Shown here in pieces: positions 9,237-17,711 of a stretch of DNA of 64,000 nucleotides. The stretch's first letter is position 1, and every line of letters starts with the position of its first letter. The notes below the pieces were generated by a model. That model had not been told where the DNA came from. It saw nothing but the letters and a program-made list of their open reading frames with translations, and did not search any database. The position numbers and the translations under genes were made by a program. This DNA is from a bacterium (GTDB lineage Bacteria; Armatimonadota; Chthonomonadetes; Chthonomonadales; CAJBBX01), in NCBI GenBank assembly GCA_021811565.1, contig JAJZOL010000238.1:5257-69256 (forward strand). Direction: 5' to 3'.

Positions 9237-10598
9237 TCAAGGAAATTGTGTATTAAACGGAGAAGCGGCTTGATTGGATCCAAGAGTCGTGTTTGACGGG
9301 TTGATCACCACGTTTTGATTGGTTGTCAGCCATTCATCCCAACCTGGTTCCTGCGGCACTTCTCTGAACTGTCTGATCACAGGGGCGGGATAGTTCCCCT
9401 GATTGCTGGATGAGCTGGAAGATCCCGTATTCGATGGAGCATTCATCTCAACCATCGCTTCGGCGGCGCGAGTGCGTTTCTCGCCTGGAAGACGAACCTT
9501 CACACGGATGAGATATACAGAGGATTTCACGCAAAACATGGATGCGAGTACCCGTATCTCCACCGTCGATAACCCTTGGATGGAAAAAAGATCATTTAAA
9601 GTTTGAAATGGATTTGATTCACGGGCGTTGATGATGGCGTCCACGAGATTTTGATCGTTATTGGTGACGATATCCATCACCTCCTCCGGGGCGGTGTTCG
9701 CGTTGATCATTCCCGGTAAGTATGTCGCCGTGGATGTGGTGATGTTATCCGCCACCTTCGCCATCGTGGACTGATCGATGCCTGGAACATTCATCACATC
9801 GGCTATGGAACCGAAGGTGTGACCCGACTGCCCCCTCCAGTTAACGATTGCATTCGCCTGTGCGCCTGTGAAACCCGCTCTTTCCAATGCTGATGCGTTC
9901 GCAGTGGTGATGTTAACGCGAGCCGTATTATTCGAGGACATATTTAGTTCTTCGGAATAAGTGGTGATCATCTCCGACAAAGGAAGAGGCTGACCGTTGG
10001 ATGTCGAGTAAGATATGTTTGTTCCCTGGTAAGGGGTGTACAGCAAGCTGGGAGTAAATCCATCCACAAGCAAAAGTTCGTTTATGGTTTCAAAGGGTTG
10101 TCGCTTCGAATCGTACGGAGGATTCAAAGACTCATAATAGGACTCGTAAGAGGGATCTGGCTGAGATCCTCTCCAATCCAACACGGCGTTAACCAAATCC
10201 GTATTTTGCTGGAACGCGGGTATGTTCTCAAGTATGTTCTGAGTTGCGGTGTTGATATCGATTCGCGATGCTGTGTCGCAGAAGAAAGGCTTGTACCATC
10301 CTCCCCCCATGGGATACCATCCATTTGAGTCTGCGGTTGTTACGGTGTTCATTATGGGAGGCGTAACCCCACCGCTGGTTGCCACCTCCAATTGCTCCGC
10401 TTCCAATTGAACGACACCAGTCTCGATATACCATGCCCTCGTATTGTTCACTGTCTCCTGCGCCTGAAGCATTTGCTGATGCGCGATGGAAACGGTCATC
10501 AACCCGAAAGTTGTTAGAATGAGAGTTACAAAGATCACCGGCACTAAAGCCTGCCCCCTCTCAGTGCGAGTTTTTAAAGCGACGGATGGTTTCATCAC
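9237..10598 (-). CDS. gspK: Minor pseudopilin GspK
   Basis: ERG|QALVPV class III signal without E5; RIDINTA, AVLDWR, KRQPFETINELLLVDG, helix-hairpin-helix repeats, ININTAP-like MINANTAP. Confidence 0.9.
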   Translation of the reverse strand: MMKPSVALKTRTERGQALVPVIFVTLILTTFGLMTVSIAHQQMLQAQETVNNTRAWYIETGVVQLEAEQLEVATSGGVTPPIMNTVTTADSNGWYPMGGGWYKPFFCDTASRIDINTATQNILENIPAFQQNTDLVNAVLDWRGSQPDPSYESYYESLNPPYDSKRQPFETINELLLVDGFTPSLLYTPYQGTNISYSTSNGQPLPLSEMITTYSEELNMSSNNTARVNITTANASALERAGFTGAQANAIVNWRGQSGHTFGSIADVMNVPGIDQSTMAKVADNITTSTATYLPGMINANTAPEEVMDIVTNNDQNLVDAIINARESNPFQTLNDLFSIQGLSTVEIRVLASMFCVKSSVYLIRVKVRLPGEKRTRAAEAMVEMNAPSNTGSSSSSSNQGNYPAPVIRQFREVPQEPGWDEWLTTNQNVVINPSNTTLGSNQAASPFNTQFP

Positions 10599-11419
10599 AT
10601 GCCTCCAGGCGTTGATGATCCCGTCGAACTAGTGGAAGTGGATGCACCGAACGCATAGGTCATAGCCGGAGTTACGGAAGCTGAGTATTGTTTCTCGCTA
10701 CCGTCAGGGAACTTCATCATAATTTGAATCTGCATGACGCTAGGAAACTGTGTCTGGGTATCCGGTGTGATCTGAGTGCCCATTGGATCAAAATCCCAAT
10801 CCGAATAGTTATTTCCGTTCTGATCGTAAAATGTGAATTCGATATTCTTTATATGGCTGGAAATCAATCTTCCGTAATCCGTGACGGTGGACACGCTTGT
10901 GGAGGACATTGAGTTTCCGGGGCTAAGCCCTGGCACCAAAGAGCGATTTGGCGCACATGTGGCGAAACGTCGCAGCTCTCCCGTCTGCTGATCAAAGTAA
11001 TAGCTGACAAGCGAAAGGTCGGATTGAACGGGCTGATTTTGGGAGCCTGCAGGCGAACTCATAAGATTGGTATTCATTGGATTCGAGTTGTAACCGGAAT
11101 CCATTTGGATAAGATGATCACGTGTGCTAAGCATAAGAATATTGCCATCGGTGCTTCCGGGACAAACAAAAAACGTGTTTTGATTGTTTTGAGAAACATA
11201 TGCGGATCCAATATCCTTTAAGAGGTAATCCATTACCGTTCTCGCCTCCTGATCATCCTCCGCATTGTTATGGATAACGGTTTGCACCTTGATGCCGGCG
11301 CCGATTGACGTGGCAACCGCAGCGGTAATGATAGCGAACATGATTGACACGGTAAGCAACTCCACCATTGTGAACCCGCGATTTCTTCCGTATTTGGTTT
11401 TATGAATGGCAAGGTTCAT
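10595..11419 (-). CDS. gspJ: Minor pseudopilin GspJ-like
   Basis: NRG|FTMVELL prepilin motif; position between gspI and gspK. Confidence 0.75.
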   Translation of the reverse strand: MNLAIHKTKYGRNRGFTMVELLTVSIMFAIITAAVATSIGAGIKVQTVIHNNAEDDQEARTVMDYLLKDIGSAYVSQNNQNTFFVCPGSTDGNILMLSTRDHLIQMDSGYNSNPMNTNLMSSPAGSQNQPVQSDLSLVSYYFDQQTGELRRFATCAPNRSLVPGLSPGNSMSSTSVSTVTDYGRLISSHIKNIEFTFYDQNGNNYSDWDFDPMGTQITPDTQTQFPSVMQIQIMMKFPDGSEKQYSASVTPAMTYAFGASTSTSSTGSSTPGGM

Positions 11420-11421
11420 GA

Positions 11422-11883
11422 TCAGAATCCACTCCCCATATTCATATTGGATGAAAATGGTGAGGTCGGCGTGCTATTGGTAGTCGTCGGCGCCTGTCCA
11501 TAAGTTTCTAATTGCAAGGATTTTTTCACGGAACCATCCATCCATGAGATGGTGAGCGTGACATGCATTAAATTCGGGTAATTGGTGGGATCGGGTTGGT
11601 CCACATCGCATTCCCATGTATAGTTCGGGTCATCCGGGCTGAAATCCCCGTTATGGCTACCAACGGTCATGTCGTCGGAGTTGCTTAGGATAGTGGTCAT
11701 CTGCTCTCTGCCCAGATACGCCGCTCGGTTATACTCCTTGGCTAATGCGGAGGTACGGGCGGCGTGAGTGAGACATATTTGCGCGCCCACAATACCAATG
11801 GCGAGCAGAAACGTCGCTACAAGCATCTCCACCAAAGTGAAGCCGTAAATATGATCTTGAGAAGTGAACCTTTTTACATTCAT
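11422..11883 (-). CDS. gspI: Minor pseudopilin GspI-like
   Basis: YG|FTLVEML prepilin motif; YTWE..V and LMHVTLTISW segments typical of GspI. Confidence 0.75.
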   Translation of the reverse strand: MNVKRFTSQDHIYGFTLVEMLVATFLLAIGIVGAQICLTHAARTSALAKEYNRAAYLGREQMTTILSNSDDMTVGSHNGDFSPDDPNYTWECDVDQPDPTNYPNLMHVTLTISWMDGSVKKSLQLETYGQAPTTTNSTPTSPFSSNMNMGSGF

Positions 11884-12500
11884 GATCCACTTCCGCCGCC
11901 TTCCGTCACATCCACATCGCCCGTACCGGCGTGAATTACAAAGACCGCCACATACCCCTCCGGAGACTGGAAATAAAACTGTGTGTTTATCGCGGAGCCA
12001 TCCGGGTAAAAAGTGGTTTGATTGTTGCTGTCGGATGAGTAGTATTGATTTGTATCGGAACTTGTATCCACTTGAAAGTTCGATATGGAAAACCCATTTT
12101 GAAGGTCAAAGTTTTCCGTTATGGTCTGTGACGTTTGAGCTCCAAGCGGATTGCTCAAGGATGACGTAAACGAACCCTGTGAATTGGATGTATTGTCGGT
12201 GTTCTGCAATGCGACGGGTTGATCGGGATCAGGCGGATATTGCTGACCACTCATCTGCAACTCGTTGTTCGTCGGATCCCATGTGATGGTGACAGGTTGA
12301 CTGGTGCTGACCGCAGTCCTTTTGGCGTTATACAGAAAATTCTGCAGTTTCTCCGTTTGATCCATGAAGATAACATGCTGTCGCATTTTCGACCACATGG
12401 GTACGACAGCCCCGGAGAGGATAGCCATGATAAAAACTATCGTCAGCACCTCGATCAACGTAAATGCTCGCCTGTTATGTTTGTGTCGCATGTTGCACAC
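11880..12500 (-). CDS. gspH: Minor pseudopilin GspH/FimT-like
   Basis: RRA|FTLIEVL prepilin motif, AKRTAVS, and a TTFYPDGS motif. Confidence 0.8.
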   Translation of the reverse strand: MCNMRHKHNRRAFTLIEVLTIVFIMAILSGAVVPMWSKMRQHVIFMDQTEKLQNFLYNAKRTAVSTSQPVTITWDPTNNELQMSGQQYPPDPDQPVALQNTDNTSNSQGSFTSSLSNPLGAQTSQTITENFDLQNGFSISNFQVDTSSDTNQYYSSDSNNQTTFYPDGSAINTQFYFQSPEGYVAVFVIHAGTGDVDVTEGGGSGS

Positions 12501-12514
12501 AACGCACCATCCTA

Positions 12515-12952
12515 TTACTTTTCGATATTCCAGTTGGCGATATCATCCGATGTGCCTGGCTGTCCGTCCGGACCGGCGGAATAGAGGTCGTATTCCAGTC
12601 CATGATCTCCGGGATATTTATACAAATAGGGATGGCCCCATGGATCCATTGGCAATCCGTTCTTGAGATATGGGCCGTTCCAGCTTGTAGCGTCGGAAGG
12701 CTTGGTCACCAGCGCCTGTAATCCGTCCTGAGTGGAAGGATAACTGCCGTTATCCAACTTGTATGCATCCAAACATGAATCGATTGTGGCTATGTCGCTT
12801 TGAGCCCGAGCCACGCGCGCATCCTCCGTACGGTTGATAACCCGTGGGATAACCACGGCTGCGAGTATCGCCAGGATGACAATTACCACTAACAGTTCAA
12901 TAAGCGTAAATGCCGCTTGTCGACGTTTTTGATTTGAAATTTGAGGTGTCAA
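12515..12952 (-). CDS. gspG: Major pseudopilin GspG
   Basis: AA|FTLIELLVVIVILAIL, LDAYKLDNGSYPST..GLQALV, WNGPYL, DPWGHPY, DLYSAGPDGQPGTSDDI; TTG start with GGAG RBS. Confidence 0.97.
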   Translation of the reverse strand: MTPQISNQKRRQAAFTLIELLVVIVILAILAAVVIPRVINRTEDARVARAQSDIATIDSCLDAYKLDNGSYPSTQDGLQALVTKPSDATSWNGPYLKNGLPMDPWGHPYLYKYPGDHGLEYDLYSAGPDGQPGTSDDIANWNIEK

Positions 12953-12973
12953 AGTTGCATCTCCCTTTCTTCG

Positions 12974-14206
12974 CTATTTGACGATTGTGTCCGCTTGAAA
13001 TATGGGCAACAGAATTGAGAGTACGATAAATCCCACAAATCCCCCCATGAAAAGCACCACCAAAGGCTCCACGAGACTGGTGAGGCGCCTTAGAGCGGTG
13101 TCAATTTCCAAGTCCAAAGTGTTTGCTGTTCTGATTAAAAGCAGAGGCAGTCTTCCGGTCTCCTCACCCACGGCCGTCATATGGACGATTAGGGGGAGAA
13201 AACCGGCAGTTTCCCGGAGTGATGAGGCGAGAGTTTCGCCTTGGCGCACTCTGTCCTTCGCGCTTTCAATGGCTTTGGACGTTAGGCTGTTGCCTACGGC
13301 GGACGAGGATATTTCCAGCGAATCCAAAATGGGAACGCCACCTGCGAGTAGCGTTCCTAGAGTCCGCGTGAATCTAGCCATGACGATTTTCACGGTGATC
13401 GGACCGAGTATTGGTAGAGCTAATCGCACCTGATCTATCGTTTTTTGACCGGTGGATGTTCTGCTCCATAATCTCCATGCCACCACGCACGCAATGATAA
13501 ATCCGATAATCACCCACCAATATTGAGAAATAAATCCGGACACACCGAGCAAAATCTGCGTCGGTACTGGCAGAGCGGATCCGAGATCCTTGAATACGGA
13601 TTGCAGGCGAGGGATGACGAATGTGAGAAGACCGGTAACAGCGGATATCGCGACAACGATCAACACCATCGGGTATGTCATCGCTGCCACCAACTGGCTT
13701 TTTCTCACCTGCTCCTTTTCAAGGAAATCCGCTAGCCGAGTCATCACATCCGGCAATTGGCCGGCGACCTCTCCCGCTCTTATCATATTCGTATAAAGAA
13801 TGGGAAACTGTTTGGGAAAAGACGTCAGGGCGCTGGAAAGCGGGTTGCCCGCTCGAACCTCATCCTGCAACTTGCTTATCAGATGCTGTAGCGGAACATT
13901 GTCGGTTTGCTCGATCAATACGGTCAAGGCCCGGTCTATGGGCAATCCCGCTTCTATCAAATCCGCCAACTCACGAGTGAAAAGCAATGTCGCCATACGG
14001 TTGACTTTTTTCGTATCGGCGGCGACGTTCGATTTCTTATTGACTTGATTGGTTCGCGCTGCAGCGTTGCCTGTGGGGTTTACGGATATGGGGTAATATC
14101 CTAGGGCGCGTATCTTCTGAGCGGCATCCATCTTGTCTCTGCCGTCCATTCCGCCCGTTATCTCATGCCCGGAGGCATCCAGCGCTGTATAGTGAAAATC
14201 AGGCAT
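12974..14206 (-). CDS. gspF: T2SS inner-membrane platform protein GspF
   Basis: FTRELADLIEAGLPI, AGEVAGQL, YP followed by TM, GVPILDSL, GEETGRL, LVEP motifs. Confidence 0.96.
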   Translation of the reverse strand: MPDFHYTALDASGHEITGGMDGRDKMDAAQKIRALGYYPISVNPTGNAAARTNQVNKKSNVAADTKKVNRMATLLFTRELADLIEAGLPIDRALTVLIEQTDNVPLQHLISKLQDEVRAGNPLSSALTSFPKQFPILYTNMIRAGEVAGQLPDVMTRLADFLEKEQVRKSQLVAAMTYPMVLIVVAISAVTGLLTFVIPRLQSVFKDLGSALPVPTQILLGVSGFISQYWWVIIGFIIACVVAWRLWSRTSTGQKTIDQVRLALPILGPITVKIVMARFTRTLGTLLAGGVPILDSLEISSSAVGNSLTSKAIESAKDRVRQGETLASSLRETAGFLPLIVHMTAVGEETGRLPLLLIRTANTLDLEIDTALRRLTSLVEPLVVLFMGGFVGFIVLSILLPIFQADTIVK

Positions 14207-14317
14207 ATTTTCTTACCACTCTTGAATCATCAAATATAAGTTATGATGGTTTTTCGTATATGCAGGCGGTTGCATTATCCGGTTGACGTATTATGCAATC
14301 GCTTTGTACATACGGCA

Positions 14318-16024
14318 TCAGTTTTGAAAGTCCTCTCGCTGGCATACTCGCAATACCTCTTTGATGGTGGTGTCTCCACTCAAGACTCTATTTCGCCCAT
14401 CCTGAAGCAGCGTGGTCATGCCCTGGTTATGTATCGCATATTGTTTGATAGCGTTCGCAGGCTCTCGGTGCGTGATCATTTGCCGAATGGTGTCATCCAC
14501 GGTTAGCATCTCATAGATTCCGCTGCGTCCTCTGAAGCCTACATTCCTGCATTCGGAACATCCCATCCCCGCCATAAGCTTATGACCGTTAAGATTCTCC
14601 TGGTGGATGCCGATCTCCTCCATCGCCACCTGCTTTTCCAGGACGGGGGCGCGGCAGTTGGGGCAATTCAAGCGAACGAGTCGTTGAGCGATCACACCGA
14701 TTAAGGATGAGGCGACTAAATAGGGTTCCGCGCCCATGTCCAAAAGTCGACTTATCGCCCCTGGAGCGTCATTGGTGTGCAGCGTGCTAAATACAAGGTG
14801 ACCGGTAAGCGCGGCGTGAATAGCGATCTCCACGGTCTCCGTATCTCTGATTTCCCCCACCATGATGATGTCGGGGTCTTGACGTACAATATGCCGCAAA
14901 CCGCTAGCGAAAGTGAGATCGATCTGCGGATGGACTTGAATTTGATTGACGCCGTTCAACTGGTACTCGACCGGATCTTCAATGGTGATGATCTTCTTTT
15001 CGGAGGAGTAAATCTCGTTCAATGCGGCATAGAGGGTCGTGGTTTTGCCGGAACCGGTTGGTCCTGTAACCAAAATGATTCCATGCGGTTCCAAGATCAG
15101 CCTTCTGAAGAGGTCAAAGAGTCTGCCTTTCATTCCTAATTCCGGCAAACCCAGCATTGCAGTCTGCTTGTCAAGAATTCTCATCACCGCGCTTTCACCA
15201 TACAATGTGGGAATGGTCGATACGCGGAGGTCAATTTGCCTGCCTCCCGATCTAATCCTCATACGCCCGTCCTGAGGCAACCTGCGCTCCGCGATATTCA
15301 TATCGGAAAGGATCTTGATACGGGATATGATCGCCGGATGAAGTCGCTTTGGAGGAGCGTTTACTTCATGGAGGACGCCGTCGATGCGGTATCGAACGCG
15401 TAGCTCTTTTTCAAAAGGTTCCACATGAATGTCCGAGGCTCGATCCTGGATGGCTTGGTTTATAATGAGATTGACCATTTGGATCACAAGCTCTTCACGC
15501 GCCATCTTTTGAAGGTCGGCGACGTCCAAGCCTTCCTCCTCAAGAGAGACCTGCTCCGCCTGTTCCACATCCTGAATAATACGGTTCATGTAGAACTGTT
15601 CCAAGGAGCGACGAATATCCACCGAATTGGCTAACCTTGGGATCACATTGAAACCCGTCAGCAAGCGCAAATCATCCATGGTCTGCAAATCCAACGGATC
15701 CGCCATGGCGATGACAATGGTGTGATCGGTTTGCTGCAAGGGAATGAGTTGATGACGAAGCGCGAATTCGCTAGGAACTAGTTGCAAGGCTCTTACTTCG
15801 GGCGGGTCTGCGTTGAGGTCAACGATTGGGCAGGCGAGTTGCTTGGATAGAGCTTTCAAAAGTGCGGCTTCGGATATGAAATGCATCCCAAGAAGGATTT
15901 CACCGACTCGTTTTTGATGATCCTGTCTGGTTTGTTCATCAAGCGCCAATTGCAACTGCTGAGGTGTGATATCCCCGTTTTCCACCAGTATCTGGCCCAA
16001 TAATACGCGATTGTATGTTATCAC
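14318..16024 (-). CDS. gspE: T2SS ATPase GspE with an N-terminal MshEN-type domain
   Basis: Walker A GPTGSGKTT, TIEDPVE, RQDPDIIMVGEIRD, His box TLHTND, tetracysteine motif CPNC/CSEC; N-terminal tandem LGxxLxxxG motifs. Confidence 0.96.
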   Translation of the reverse strand: MITYNRVLLGQILVENGDITPQQLQLALDEQTRQDHQKRVGEILLGMHFISEAALLKALSKQLACPIVDLNADPPEVRALQLVPSEFALRHQLIPLQQTDHTIVIAMADPLDLQTMDDLRLLTGFNVIPRLANSVDIRRSLEQFYMNRIIQDVEQAEQVSLEEEGLDVADLQKMAREELVIQMVNLIINQAIQDRASDIHVEPFEKELRVRYRIDGVLHEVNAPPKRLHPAIISRIKILSDMNIAERRLPQDGRMRIRSGGRQIDLRVSTIPTLYGESAVMRILDKQTAMLGLPELGMKGRLFDLFRRLILEPHGIILVTGPTGSGKTTTLYAALNEIYSSEKKIITIEDPVEYQLNGVNQIQVHPQIDLTFASGLRHIVRQDPDIIMVGEIRDTETVEIAIHAALTGHLVFSTLHTNDAPGAISRLLDMGAEPYLVASSLIGVIAQRLVRLNCPNCRAPVLEKQVAMEEIGIHQENLNGHKLMAGMGCSECRNVGFRGRSGIYEMLTVDDTIRQMITHREPANAIKQYAIHNQGMTTLLQDGRNRVLSGDTTIKEVLRVCQREDFQN

Positions 16025-16440
16025 CTGATTGCTCCAAACTTAAGACAACTTAACTTTTATACCTATAACATAGACGTAATGCAAACTCTGAAGTTTTATT
16101 CAAGGTGTTTATTTGTACGCTGATAGTATACATACCCATATATGAAAATATGATGAAGAGAAAAAACGAAATGAAATTCATACGTAATGCCAGTATTTAA
16201 CGCCGGTCGATAGCTTATCGTTCATGGAAAATTCGATTAGATGAGTGCCTGCAATGACTGGTGTCATCCCTCTCCCACATGGCACGAAAGATGCACCTTA
16301 ATTCGTATTGAATTATATGTGAAATCGGTTGATGGATGTTTGCTGCGAGATGATAACTCAAGCAGATAACCGTCGTTTTACAGTTTTTGAATATATGAAA
16401 TTATATTTCGTATATTTCGTATACAAGACAGAGCACAATA

Positions 16441-17532
16441 ATGTACACGGAACATGAACAACCGGTCTACTATTTATATGGCGGATCGCATCATTCCCTT
16501 CCAGAGGGGAGGGATGGCGACTTGCCAGATGATTATAAGATGATGGATATTGAAAGCTTGGAAAACTTGTTGAGCCAGTATGACGAAAGCGAGAGTCGAC
16601 CCCTGCACCCCGCCAAGTCGCATATGGACTGTTTGTGCGAGGAGGGAACAGAAATGCATGAAGACTATTTTCCTGAGAAAAATTCCTCAATGGAACCAGG
16701 GTTGAGTTTCCATGAGTTGGCGGATACTTGGATGGCGAAGAGCGGAAAGGCGCCTCTCTTAACTGCCACCCAGGAGATTGTGCTTGCCAAACGTGTGGAA
16801 CGGGGAGATGCTCGAGCGCGTGAGGAGTTGCTTAACGCCAATGTCAGGTTGGTTGCTTCCGTGGCGCGAAAATATATGGGAAGAGGCTTGCCGTTGGAAG
16901 ACCTCATGCAGGAGGGGCTCATCGGATTATTGCGAGCGATTGAGAAGTACAATTATCGAAAGGGGTACCGGTTCAGCACCTACGCCACCCACTGGATACG
17001 TCAAGCGGTTTCCCGCGCTCTCGCCAACCAAGGCAGATCCATTCGTTTGCCCGCCCATGTGGTGGACACCATCAGCAGAGTCGCGCGAGTGAAGGATGAC
17101 CTGTTTCAAAAGACGGGTTCCTTGCCCACTCGTCAGGAACTCGCCGAAGCATGCGGGATGACCGAGAAGAAGTTGGTGCAGATTCTTCGCAATGCGGCGC
17201 AGCCGATCTCCCTTGACAGCCCGATTGGCGAGGAGGGGGAATCTCGCCTTGGGGATTTATTGCAAGCGGGATTGGAGAGCTCTCCGGCGGACAGAGTGTT
17301 TCATTTTCTTGTGCACGAAGAGTTGGAACGAGCCCTTGGAAGTCTGACGCCGAGGGAGAAGGATGTGATTGTTCTGCGGTTCGGGCTTGAGAATGAGGAT
17401 CCACATACCCTCGAAGAGACGGGCAGACGATTGCATATCACCCGCGAGCGAGCAAGGCAGATCGAAAACAAGGCGATGGAAAAGTTGCGCCACTCGCATA
17501 CGGTTGCCAGACTCAAAGAGGTGGTTAATTAA
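16441..17532 (+). CDS. RpoD/SigA-like (group 2) sigma-70 factor lacking region 1.1
   Basis: Regions 1.2, 2, 3 and 4 present (NVRLVASVARKY, DLMQEGLIGLLRAIEKY, RFSTYATHWIRQ, TLEETG...TRERARQIE). The real start may be ATG 16654 (GGAGG 8 nt upstream) or ATG 16540. Confidence 0.9.
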   Translation: MYTEHEQPVYYLYGGSHHSLPEGRDGDLPDDYKMMDIESLENLLSQYDESESRPLHPAKSHMDCLCEEGTEMHEDYFPEKNSSMEPGLSFHELADTWMAKSGKAPLLTATQEIVLAKRVERGDARAREELLNANVRLVASVARKYMGRGLPLEDLMQEGLIGLLRAIEKYNYRKGYRFSTYATHWIRQAVSRALANQGRSIRLPAHVVDTISRVARVKDDLFQKTGSLPTRQELAEACGMTEKKLVQILRNAAQPISLDSPIGEEGESRLGDLLQAGLESSPADRVFHFLVHEELERALGSLTPREKDVIVLRFGLENEDPHTLEETGRRLHITRERARQIENKAMEKLRHSHTVARLKEVVN

Positions 17533-17711
17533 CGTGTTTGCGCGGAGCGTGTCAGTTTTCATCGACGGTTATCAGGAAATTGACATCTCCGTATCAACAG
17601 CGGGGATTTGCATATAAGAAGTTTCATGGATACATTTTAATTGGAGATTGAAGAAGCCCGTTCAAGTTACTTGTCGGGCTTCAATCATATCTATTTTCAG
17701 GAGAATAGAAG

